DNA of 64,000 nt from Takakia lepidozioides. Taxonomy: Eukaryota; Plantae; Bryophyta. The stretch is taken from contig CM060733.1 of NCBI GenBank assembly GCA_030704615.1, forward strand, positions 41,850,001-41,914,000, written 5' to 3'. Shown in pieces: positions 1 to 11,059 of this stretch; the stretch's first letter is position 1, and each line of letters opens with the position of its first letter. Below the pieces are notes generated by a model. It did no database searches. It had not been told where the DNA came from and saw only the letters and a list, made by a program, of their open reading frames with translations. The position numbers and the translations under genes were made by a program.

Positions 1-2819
1 AGAGGCAGAGAAGGGGAAAGACTGTAGTGGCGGATCCACTGGCTTCACGGATTCCGCATGATAATGTTTCCCAAGCTCATGACCAGGAAGGGGCACAGCA
101 GCACAAAAGAATGTTATTACTGGAAGCAGGACCTTCAGAGAGGGAGGAAGAAGTTACTTCTGCATCACAACCAACACAGCCACTTGAACGACTTGTCACA
201 AGGTCACAAGTTATCCATGCAGCTCAACCCGAAATAATTGATTTGGAAAGTGAAGGGATAGATATTCCAACTACAGAACAGATAGTGGCAGAAATAGAGA
301 AAGGGGACCTTCTCTATGAATATTCTGGTCTGGTCAAGCAGACAGAAATCCCAGAGGTGCAACAGTTGCCCAAGAGAAATCCTGAGGTACATATAATGCA
401 CACACCTGTGTCGGAGGAACCACAGGCGGAAGGCCATGACACTGTAGCACCGGTCATAAATGAAGTAGTTCAGGAAGAAAATCCGGTGGGACAATGGTCT
501 GAATGGTTAGTGAGACATCATACTGTTGAAGATCAGGAGGAACAGCAGCAACCTCACCATAATGACCCTCAACAGGCAATGCTGATGAGTTCCATAGGCA
601 GGACACTTAATTTGTTGGGGACTTATGTCAAAACCCATGTTCCAATTACCCAATTGACAGCCTTGAAAGAAGAACTCAGGAAGGAGTTTGAGGCTCGACT
701 TGCCACTGAGTGTGCAAACAAGGTCGATGAAGAGGTCACTCTCAAGATGAAGCAGGACTTGGCCAATACAGAAATGGCTTTGCAATTGGCCAAGCAACAA
801 TTGATTGAGGCAGGCCTCGCGCAAGACCAGTTGCACGAAGCACATAAGCAACAGCTATACCAAATGCAGGTGCAGCATGAAAGCAAGTTGCAAGAACTGA
901 ATGCACTACATACGGAGTTGCAGACAGTGCATAACAGGATGGCGATACAATGCGCTACATTTACAACTATGCTTGACCAATCAACAAAAGAAATAAACAG
1001 TCAAGCGGAAAAATGTACGAAGGCAGAAGAAGAGAATGTGGAACACATGAAGCTCATTGTCGATATGAAGAATACAATCTGTCGCAATGAAGATACTCTC
1101 AAGCAATACAGGCAGATGGAAGCTGAGAATGAGAAATACATCGTGGAGTTGCAACAAACCATCGTGGCCAATAGAAATGAAATCGCGGTCAGTAACAAGG
1201 CTTCGAAAGAAGCCAATAATCTACTTGCTGCCTATGCGCAATTGATTGAGCCACAGGCGAAGCGCATGAAGGCTTTACAACAGCAGTTGGAATTGTATAA
1301 GCTAAGAGAGGAGCAAACTCTCAGGGGAACCACAAGCAGCTTGGTGGATAACAGCCTTATGCAGGTCTGGTTAGGACAAGGGCCAGTAGAAGGCAAAGCC
1401 CCACGGAAGCTCACCCAAAGCGAGATGAATGAGCTTAGACTGCAGGTGCAGAACATTGCCACAACTACTATAGACAATGTCTATAGTAGGATAGCAGAGT
1501 TACAAGAGGATGTAGACGGACTCCAGACTCAAGTGGAAGACCTCACTTCAAACATCGACCAAAGAGTCTATATCCCTCAGGAACAGCTAATGGCTTCTTA
1601 TTTGCAAGCCAGACCTCTGGCTTTTCAGTCTTCACAGGAGGTGCAGGAGATGCCAATGGTACAGGAACCAGTACCACCACCACCACAACAGGTCAGTGTA
1701 CCAGTAGCTGAACCTGTGGTTACTACAACCACACCACAGCCACCACAGCCGGAGGTATGGGGCAATGCAGCTTTTAACCCACCTAAAACTCCAGCTGCCA
1801 GGGAGTACAGTAGGGCTATGATTATGCCCTTCAACCAAATTCCCATCATGTTGGATTTGGCTTGGAAAGAATTTAGTCCTCCGCAGTCATTCGCACATTA
1901 CTACCAAATCATGCGTATTTGGCTGCCAGTGGCAACCAGGACTAAAGTTCTTCCAAACAATCGACATATTGAAGATCATCACTTTGCACAATACTGGCAC
2001 GAGTCAGGTACCATGTTGAGGGAATTGGTTGCTTTCCAGGTTGTACATGGACTCATTTATACCAAGACCAAGGAGATAGCAAGTATTGTCATGGGGTGCG
2101 GGCTATACTACGCTGCTTGTTTTCTGATACGTTACCACATTGAGCAACAAAAGATGCAAGCACGCTTTCAAAGTTACTCCAGTGGAGATCATTGGGTATT
2201 ACCTTCGGTGCCACCTCATATGTACCTATATGACCCAAAAGTTATGATACAGAAGGATTCTCAAATTCGTTCATGGTTTCAAGCAGCCTGCAACAATTTG
2301 TCAACACAGAAATTCGGACTTGATGACATTTTCTATAAGGGACATATCGCATGGAAATACTTGCACGCTGCACCAGTAATTGGTACCCCACTCATTTGGA
2401 CAGACAAGGAGCTCAGTGTCTACACCAATTTTGCTGTTCAACGGTTACACCAGGTTGTAAAATGCAAACTTCCAGACATGGTAGGAAAGCATTGTATGCC
2501 CCAGATGATTCCACAAAAAGTTCGAAAATTAAAACACCTGAGAGGCGATGACGATTCTGATACAACTGTTTCTTCACAGAATTCTTTTGACATGGGAGAA
2601 GACTATGCAGTTCAGATGGAAGAGAAGAAACAAAGGGGATCTCCTATGCCGGAAAGATTACCTCGATATCAACCTCCAGGAGGCCTCACTTATCCAGGTA
2701 GTGATCAACCATCTCCATCAACCAGAGACAGACCTCGGGCTCGTACACACAGCCCACCACGAAACTCTCAACGTCAACAAGGTGCTCACTCACAAAGGTT
2801 TGCTACTCGGAAACAGTAA
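1..2819 (+). CDS. 3' extra ORF of Gypsy family A, copy A1 (5'-truncated by the window edge); coiled-coil-rich protein of unknown function
   Basis: 930-aa ORF nearly identical to the C-terminal part of 11060..15274 and of 54324..58596; ends just before the PPT and LTR. Confidence 0.85.
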   Translation, partial: RQRRGKTVVADPLASRIPHDNVSQAHDQEGAQQHKRMLLLEAGPSEREEEVTSASQPTQPLERLVTRSQVIHAAQPEIIDLESEGIDIPTTEQIVAEIEKGDLLYEYSGLVKQTEIPEVQQLPKRNPEVHIMHTPVSEEPQAEGHDTVAPVINEVVQEENPVGQWSEWLVRHHTVEDQEEQQQPHHNDPQQAMLMSSIGRTLNLLGTYVKTHVPITQLTALKEELRKEFEARLATECANKVDEEVTLKMKQDLANTEMALQLAKQQLIEAGLAQDQLHEAHKQQLYQMQVQHESKLQELNALHTELQTVHNRMAIQCATFTTMLDQSTKEINSQAEKCTKAEEENVEHMKLIVDMKNTICRNEDTLKQYRQMEAENEKYIVELQQTIVANRNEIAVSNKASKEANNLLAAYAQLIEPQAKRMKALQQQLELYKLREEQTLRGTTSSLVDNSLMQVWLGQGPVEGKAPRKLTQSEMNELRLQVQNIATTTIDNVYSRIAELQEDVDGLQTQVEDLTSNIDQRVYIPQEQLMASYLQARPLAFQSSQEVQEMPMVQEPVPPPPQQVSVPVAEPVVTTTTPQPPQPEVWGNAAFNPPKTPAAREYSRAMIMPFNQIPIMLDLAWKEFSPPQSFAHYYQIMRIWLPVATRTKVLPNNRHIEDHHFAQYWHESGTMLRELVAFQVVHGLIYTKTKEIASIVMGCGLYYAACFLIRYHIEQQKMQARFQSYSSGDHWVLPSVPPHMYLYDPKVMIQKDSQIRSWFQAACNNLSTQKFGLDDIFYKGHIAWKYLHAAPVIGTPLIWTDKELSVYTNFAVQRLHQVVKCKLPDMVGKHCMPQMIPQKVRKLKHLRGDDDSDTTVSSQNSFDMGEDYAVQMEEKKQRGSPMPERLPRYQPPGGLTYPGSDQPSPSTRDRPRARTHSPPRNSQRQQGAHSQRFATRKQ

Positions 2820-2840
2820 ACCGTGAGGACACGGCTTTTT

Positions 2841-2854
2841 GAGGGGGGAAGGGG
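2841..2854 (+). promoter_or_regulatory. Polypurine tract of family A
   Basis: gaggggggaagggg lies 3 nt before the LTR start TG; the same arrangement occurs at ~5452, ~11025 (minus) and ~54289 (minus). Confidence 0.85.
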
Positions 2855-2857
2855 TAA

Positions 2858-3960
2858 TGTTAGAGGACTGTAGGGGATTTAGACACTTATACGGGATCTG
2901 TAGGGTACCCTTAATTTTTGCACAGACTGAGACAAACAGAAACCTTAGGGGTGACAGCAGCGCACTGTAGAGGGGGGTTACATAGCCCACACAGCCGACA
3001 CAGCAGTCACAGCCCACACAGCCAACACAGCCCGTCACAGTCGTCACAGCCCACACAGCCAACACAGCCCGTCACAGTCGTCACAGCCCACACAGCCGTC
3101 ACAGCCCACACAGCCCACACAGCCGTCACAGCCCACACAGCCACAGCACAGCCCACACAGCCCACACAGCCGTCACAGCCCACACAGCCCGTCACAGTCG
3201 TCACAGCCCACACAGCCCACACAGCCCGTCACAGTCGTCACAGCAGACACAGCCCACACAGCCAGTCACAGCCCGGCACAGCCACACAGCCAGTCACAGC
3301 CCGACACAGCCAAACACAGCCAGTCACCGCTTGACACAGCTGTCACGATAATAGGAACGAAGAGTAGGACAGGGAACGACTGTGGGGAACAACACCTGTG
3401 AAGGGAACATGTTAGTTCACATACGACGGTTAGAGAGGGAAACGGTTAGAACCGCGGATAGGAGGATAAAGGGAAGAACGGGGAATGATGAGGGGATCAT
3501 TATTCGGGGAGGACTTCGGAGACAGGCGGGAGCGGAGATCGGAGAGCACGATGAAGGAGAAAAGAGGATTAGTAGATGCTTGTTAGATGCAAAGCTATAG
3601 TGATATAGGAAAGAAGAATAGAGACATAATGGCTTCGGCCTGATACCTGATAAATCATAATCTGATACTTATACGATACAATCACACTGTGTAGAGAGAT
3701 CTGAGTGAAGCTGTGGATTGAATGGAGGAGTTAAGGAAACCGATAAATTGATGAAGCAAACTGATACTTAATTATCAATGGTAAGGAAGCTAAGATGAAT
3801 GCGGAAAAGGAAACAAATAGGAAACACTCCCATGATACACTAGCTGTAGGTCATGACTGATTGTTCTGCGCGGGCTGAGTACTTAGAGATTTCCAACTCT
3901 TCTATCTTGGAGTTTCCGCCTCGGATAGCGAAGGGATGGGTGAGTAAAAGCAGCGCGACA
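2858..3960 (+). mobile_element. Family A 3' LTR (copy A1), containing a CACAGC minisatellite at ~2980-3340
   Basis: Starts tgttagagga and ends gcgcgaca; near-identical to the five other LTRs in the window. Confidence 0.92.
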
Positions 3961-5430
3961 AACAGCCTTATGCAGGTCTGGTTAGCACAAGGGCCAGTAG
4001 AAGGCAAAGCCCCACGGAAGCTCACCCAAAGCGAGATGAATGAGCTTAGACTGCAGGTGCAGAACATTGCCACAACTACTATAGACAATGTCTATAGTAG
4101 GATAGCAGAGTTACAAGAGGATGTAGACGGACTCCAGACTCAAGTGGAAGACCTCACTTCAAACATCGACCAAAGAGTCTATATCCCTCAGGAACAGCTA
4201 ATGGCTTCTTATTTGCAAGCCAGAACTCTGGCTTTTCAGTCTTCACAGGAGGTGCAGGAGATACCAATGGTACAGGAACCAGTACCACCACCACCACAAC
4301 AGGTCAGTGTACCAGTAGCTGAACCTGTGGTTACTACAACCACACCACAGCCACCACAGCCGGAGGTATGGGGCAATGCAGCTTTTAACCCACCTAAAAC
4401 TCCAGCTGCCAGGGAGTACAGTAGGGCTATGATTATGCCCTTCAACCAAATTCCCATCATGTTGGATTTGGCTTGGAAAGAATTTAGTCCTCCGCAGTCA
4501 TTCGCACATTACTACCAAATCATGCGTATTTGGCTGCCAGTGGCAACCAGGACTAAAGTTCTTCCAAACAATCGACATATTGAAGATCATCACTTTGCAC
4601 AATACTGGCACGAGGCAGGTACCATGTTGAGGGAATTGGTTGCTTTCCAGGTTGTACATGGACTCATTTATACCAAGACCAAGGAAATAGCAAGTATTGT
4701 CATGGGGTGCGGGCTATACTACGCTGCTTGTTTTCTGATACGTTACCACATAGAGCAACAAAAGATGCAAGCACGCTTTCAAAGTTACTCCAGTGGAGAT
4801 CATTGGGTATTACCTTCGGTGCCACCTCATATGTACCTATATGACCCAAAAGTTATGATACAGAAGGATTCTCAAATTCGTTCATGGTTTCAAGCAGCCT
4901 GCAACAATTTGTCAACACAGAAATTCGGACTTGATGACATTTTCTATAAGGGACATATCGCATGGAAATACTTGCACGCTGCACCAGTAATTGGTACCCC
5001 ACTCATCTGGACAGACAAGGAGCTCAGTGTCTACACCAATTTTGCTGTTCAACGGTTACACCAGGTTGTAAAATGCAAACTTCCAGACATGGTAGGACAG
5101 CATTGTATGCCCCAGATGATTCCACAAAAAGTTCGAAAATTAAAACACCTGAGAGGCGATGAGGATTCTGATACAACTGTTTCTTCACAAAATTCTTTTG
5201 ACATGGGAGAAGACTATGCAATTCAGATGGAAGAGAAGAAACAAAGGGGATCTCCTATGCCGGAAAGATTACCTCGATATCAACCTCCAGGAGGCCTCAC
5301 TTATCCAGGTAGTGATCAACCATCTTCATCAACCAGAGACAGACCTCGGGCTCGTACACACAGCCCACCACAAAACTCTCAACGTCAACAAGGTGCTCAC
5401 TCACAAAGGTTTGCTACTCGGAAACAGTAA
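3961..5430 (+). pseudogene. C-terminal half of the family A 3' extra ORF (copy A2), interrupted by copy A1
   Basis: Sequence after the LTR resumes at aacagccttatg, equivalent to position ~1350 of copy A1. Confidence 0.85.
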
Positions 5431-5468
5431 ACCGTGAGGACACGGCTTTTTGAGGGGGGAAGGGGTAA

Positions 5469-6569
5469 TGTTAGAGGACTGTAGGGGATTTAGACACTTA
5501 TACGGGATCTGTAGGGTACCCTTAATTTTTGCACAGACTGAGACAAACAGAAACCTTAGGGTGACAGTAGCGCACTGTAGAGGGGGGTTACATAGCCCAC
5601 ACAGCCGACACAGCAGTCACAGCCCACACAGCCAACACAGCCCGTCACAGTCGTCACAGCCCACACAGCCAACACAGCCCGTCACAGTCGTCACAGCCCA
5701 CACAGCCGTCACAGCCCACACAGCCCACACAGCCGTCACAGCCCACACAGCCCACACAGCCCACACAGCCCACACAGCCGTCACAGCCCACACAGCCCGT
5801 CACAGTCGTCACAGCCCACACAGCCCACACAGCCCGTCACAGTCGTCACAGCAGACACAGCCCACACAGCCAGTCACAGCCCGGCACAGCCACACAGCCA
5901 GTCACAGCCCGACACAGCCAAACACAGCCAGTCACCGCTTGACACAGCTGTCACGATAATAGGGAACGAAGAGTAGGACAGGGAACGACTGTGGGGAACA
6001 ACACCTGTGAAGGGAACATGTTAGTTCACATACGACGGTTAGAGAGGGAAACGGTTAGAACCGCGGATAGGAGGATAAAGGGAAGAACGGGGAATGATGA
6101 GGGGATCATTATTCGGGGAGGACTTCGGAGACAGGCGGGAGCGGAGATCGGAGAGCACGATGAAGGAGAAAAGAGGATTAGTAGATGCTTGTTAGATGCA
6201 AAGCTATAGTGATATAGGAAAGAAGAATAGAGACATAATGGCTTCGGCCTGATACCTGATAAATCATAATCTGATACTTATACGATACAATCACACTGTG
6301 TAGAGAGATCTGAGTGAAGCTGTGGATTGAATGGAGGAGTGAAGGAAACCGATAAATTGATGAAGCAAACTGATACTTAATTATCAATGGTAAGGAAGCT
6401 AAGATGAATGCGGAAAAGGAAACAAATAGGAAACACCCCCATGATACACTAGCTGTAGGTCATGACTGATTGTTCTGCGCGGGCTGAGTACTTAGAGATT
6501 TCCAACTCTTCTATCTTGGAGTTTCCGCCTCGGATAGCGAAGGGATGGGTGAGTAAAAGCAGCGCGACA
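5469..6569 (+). mobile_element. Family A 3' LTR (copy A2), inserted in the LTR of a family B element
   Basis: TG..CA ends, preceded by a PPT, followed by unrelated sequence leading to an iMet PBS. Confidence 0.92.
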
Positions 6570-9500
6570 GGGAATTTCCACTAGGCCCAAATTGGGAGAG
6601 GGTCTTGTGGAGGAGAAAAGGGGGACCGTTATGCCCCGGTGAGCAGCCGAAGCTCCGAGTTGGCCCGGCGGCCAGTTTGAGAGTTAGGCGTGCGCATCAA
6701 GCGAGTAACTATCACTTGAAGGGGAGCTTACCGAAGTGAGGTGCACGAAACTTGGTATCAGAGCTTAGAGTTCAGTACGCGATTGTCATTGTGATCGGCC
6801 TCATCATGGGGTCGGGCAAGCCAAAGCGAAAGCAGAACGGCCCGAAAGATGATGATCCTGGTGAGCCCGATGGGGGCGACGTCTCACCGAAGTGGCCATT
6901 TGAGGAAGCGATGCATGCCTTTGGAAGCGAGGCCGCTCAAGAACGGGAGGAATCTGAGGAGTCGGAGCTCGAGGAATCCCTGAGAGCTCCGACAGACCAA
7001 CAGATGCCTCCCATGCCAGCAGCCTTTTGGGAAGGGTTGTTGGCGCAGTTTGGTGGGACGCTGAAAGACGTGTTGAAGGCGGCTAATGCCACTTCCACTA
7101 AGGTAAAGTTTAAGGTGAAGCCTAAGGAACTCGGCACCTTCGAGGTCGTCCGAAATCGGAAGACACTCAACACCTGGCTTTTGGAGCTAGAGCAGTACTT
7201 CCGGGCGGCCAAGTTGAGTGATGAGGATCGGGTGGAAGTGGCTCCCACCTATTTGAGGGGCTATGCTCAGCAATGGTGGCAGAAACGCCTTCACGACCGA
7301 GGTCCAAACCCGGAGACCTTGAACTGGAGTGGGTTCAAGGAACTCATGAAGAGATAGTTTGTGCCCCTCAACGTGTCCTGGCTCACCCGGGACAAGATGA
7401 GTAATTTGAAGCAAACGGATGACATTCGGGGATATGTTCAGGCTTCCAATATGCTGTTGCTCGAAGTCGCGGACATGGCAGAACCAGAAATGGTCTTCAA
7501 CTTTGTGGCGGGACTAGCCCCATGGGCCAGACAGAAGTTGGAGGAGAAGCCACCTAAGACTTTAAACGAGGCAATTGAAAGGGCTGAATGTTTCTCGGAT
7601 GTCCCTAGGAGCGAAAGACAAGGCCGTACGGAGCTGAACCACAAGAAGGTCCGGTGGGAAGGTGACTCCTTCCGACCGGAAAAGAAGCGGGATAGGCCAC
7701 GCGGCGATAATGGCACATGGAAATCGAAGGGAGGGCCCTCACACGTCAAGACGACACTCGGTGCCCCGAAAGGAAAACCAGGTGCGGCGGCTTATGGCAG
7801 ACAGAAGGCGACCTTCGATGGAGTGTGTTTTAATTGCGGGGAGCCCGGGCACATGGCCAAGAAGTGTACAAATCCCCGACAATTGAACATGACTCGGGCA
7901 ACCATGGAGTTATCCAAAGCCTCCATTAGCCGCTTGGTGGAGGCGACTTGCAAGGTAGGCAACTACTCTTGTGAGTTGTATCAGGAAATTGGCGCCTTGC
8001 GTAAAGGGAGTCAGTTAATGTTTGTGAGTGGGATAATCTCCGGAACTAACGTATCGTTGTTGGTGGACACAGGAGCGTCGCACTCCTTCATGACACCGGC
8101 AACGGCACGGAAGCTGGGACTCCCGACAAGTGATGTGGGGGCCTCGATTGAGGTGCGTTCTGCTAAAGGAGAACCACAATTGGCGACGAGGTTGGCGTTC
8201 GATGTTCCTCTTCAGTTCGGGAGTTGGGAGGGACGTGAGAACTTCACCATTTACGAGATCGATGGAGTGGATCTCATTTTGGGGATGACCTTTTTGAGCA
8301 GATCCGAAGCGGTCATAGATGGCCGCAATAGAGTAGTCACGCTACCGTGTGGGAATGGTGGCGAAGTTTTACGAGTGTCGGAAACGCCCAACCCCGTGGG
8401 AGGGCAAATAAACCTTCTGTCAGCAAAGGAGTGGGCCGTGGAGGAGCCACATGAGCCCCAGTTTTTGCTTTACGTAAGACAAGTGAAGGAAAAAGGCGAT
8501 GGGGAGCCGAGCCCAGATTGGATCAAGGGGATTTTGGAGAAATATCAGGATGTGATGCCGGAGGATTTACCAAGCGGCTTGCCACCGCGAAGAGGAGTTG
8601 ACCATAAAATTGAGGTGATACCGGGATCGGAGCTGCCTGCCAAGACACCCTACCGGTTGAGCCACAGAGAGTTGGTCGAGCTGAAGACTCAGCTCAAGGA
8701 TCTAATGTCAAAGGGGTACATCCGGCCAAGTAAGTCACCTTACGGAGCCCCGGTGCTATTCGCAGACAAGAAGGATGGGACGTTGCAGATGTGTGTCGAT
8801 TACAGGGCTCTAAATAAGGTGACTATCAAAAACCGATACCCTTTGCCAAGGATCGACGACCTCTTCGATCGGTTGGCAGGAGCGAAGTATTTCAGCCGGA
8901 TCGATTTGCGCTCCGGATATCATCAAATTCGAGTGGTGGAAGGAGATGAGGAAAAGACCGCGTGCAGGACAAGGTATGGTTCCTATGAGTTATTGGTGAT
9001 GCCTTTTGGGCTCACCAACGCACCCACAACCTTTAACACGCTAATGAACAGCCTTTTCCAGGAGTGGTTGGACGACTTTGTGATCGTGTACATCGACGAC
9101 ATCTTGGTGTACTCGAAAACAAAGGAAGAGCACCTGGAGCACCTCAAAAGGGTGCCCCAGAAATTACGGGAAGGGAAGATGTATACCAAAGCTTCAAAGT
9201 GCGCACAAAAGTGGAGTTCTTGGGGCATGTGATACACAGGATGGGATCAAAATGGATGACAGAAAGGTGAGAGCAATCTTGGACTGGGAGCCTCCGACTT
9301 CGGTCCCAGGAGTGCGATCCTTCTTAGGACTCGCCTCTTATTACCGAAAGTATGTGAGAAATTTTGCCAAGATCGCGGGGCCGCTGTCAGACCTCCTGTG
9401 TAAATCCAAAGTTTGGGTGTGGAACACCTTTTGTGGCCAAGCTTTTGCCGAGTTGAAGCAGCGGATGGCGGAAGCTCCAGTCCTGAAAATCCTGGAGCTC

Positions 9501-10041
9501 GACCGCCCATTTGAGATTCATACGGATGCGTCGGACTTCGCGATTGGAGGTGTACTCATGCAGGATGGACGTCCAGTGGCTTACAAAAGTAAGAAACTAA
9601 ATGAAGTGGAGCGGCGGTGGCCAACGCACGAGAAAGAAATGAAGGCGGTGGTGCATGCCTTGAGCTTTGGCGCCACTATATTGGTTCCAACCCGGTGAAG
9701 GTGTTCACGGACAATGTCATGGTGAAGTATTTTGCCATGCAGCCTAAGTTGTCCCCAAAACAAATTAGGTGGCAAGACACTTTGGCACTGTTCGACGTGG
9801 ATATCCAGTACAAACCGGGACGGGACAATGTGGTGACCGATGCTTTAAGTAGAAAGTAGCAGCTCATGATGGTGTACAGGGGCGAGACAACGCTCCAAAG
9901 AAAGATCCGGAAGGCTTACCAGAAGGATGAGATGGCAAAGTCCGTGATGCGGGACTTGAGGATGGGGGTTAAATCGCAGTTCCACTTGCAAAATGGACTG
10001 CTCCGGTATAAGCAAAAACGTCTCTATGTGCCGATGGGAGG
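6570..10041 (+). mobile_element. Ty3/Gypsy family B fragment: LTR remnant, PBS and gag-pol up to the start of integrase
   Basis: PBS tggtatcagagc at 6753-6764 followed by gag-pol; bounded on both sides by family A LTRs. Confidence 0.88.
6806..10041 (+). pseudogene. Decayed gag-pol: capsid, CCHC knuckle, aspartic protease, RT, RNase H
   Basis: [38 protein letters not shown]; stops at 7355-7357 and 9857-9859, frameshifts near 9200-9250 and 9660. Confidence 0.9.
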
Positions 10042-11020
10042 TGTCGCGCGGCTTTTACTCACCCATCCCTTCGCTATCCGAGGCGGAAACTCCAAGATAG
10101 AAGAGTTGGAAATCTCTAAGTACTCAGCCCGCGCAGAACAATCAGTCATGACCTACAGCTAGTGTATCATGGGGGTGTTTCCTATTTGTTTCCCTTTCCG
10201 CATTCATCTTAGCTACCTTACCATTGATAATTAAGTATCAGTTTGCTTCATCAATTTATCGGTTTCCTTCACTCCTCCATTCAATCCACAGCTTCACTCA
10301 GATCTCTCTACACAGTGTGATTGTATCGTATAAGTATCAGATTATGATTTATCAGGTATCAGGCCGAAGCCATTGTGTCTCTATTCTCCTCTACAATATC
10401 CCTACCGCTTTGCATATAACAAGCATCTACTAATCCTCTTTCATCCTTCATCGTGCTCTCCAACCTCCGCTCCCGTATGACTCCGAAATCCTCCTCCCCC
10501 GAATATATATCTCTTCATTCCCCGTTCTTCCCTTTATCTTCCTATCCGTAGTTCTAACCGTTTCCCTCACTAACCGTCGCTTGTGAACTAACATGTTCCC
10601 CACAGTCGTTCCCTGTCCTGCTCTCCGTTCCCTATGATCGTGACCGCTGTGTCAAGCTGTGACTGGCTGTGTGAAACTGTGACGGGCTGTGACTGGCTGT
10701 GCGACTGTGTTTGGCTGTGTCGGCTGTGTCGGGCTGTGATTGGCTGTGTGGGCTGTGTGGGCTGTGTCTGGCTGTGTCAGGCTGTGACTGGCTGTGTCGG
10801 CTGTGTCGGGCTGTGATTGGCTGTGTGGGCTGTGTGGGCTGTGTCGACTGTGACGACTGTGACGGGCTGTGTTGGCTGTGTCGGCTGTGACGACTGTGTA
10901 ACCCCCCTCTACAATGCGTTGCTATCACCCCTAAGGCTCCTGTTGGTCTCAGTCTGTGCAAAAATTAAGGGTACCCTACAGATCCCATATAAGTGTCTAA
11001 GTCCCCTACAGTCTCTAACA
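10042..11020 (-). mobile_element. Family A 3' LTR (A3)
   Basis: tgtcgcgc...ctctaaca, reverse complement of the LTR at 2858-3960. Confidence 0.92.
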
Positions 11021-11059
11021 TTTATCCCTTCCCCCCTCAAAAAGCCGTGTCCTCACGGT

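Noticed and set aside
2918-3334. His/Ser/Thr- or Cys/Val/Gly-rich ORFs in the LTRs, and ORFs across 45700-47660 and 50583-51286
   Set aside because: These are translations of minisatellites and palindrome arrays
1350-6569. Simple tandem duplication
   Set aside because: The breakpoint falls exactly at the LTR terminal CA, which favours nested insertion; the TSD cannot be checked within the window
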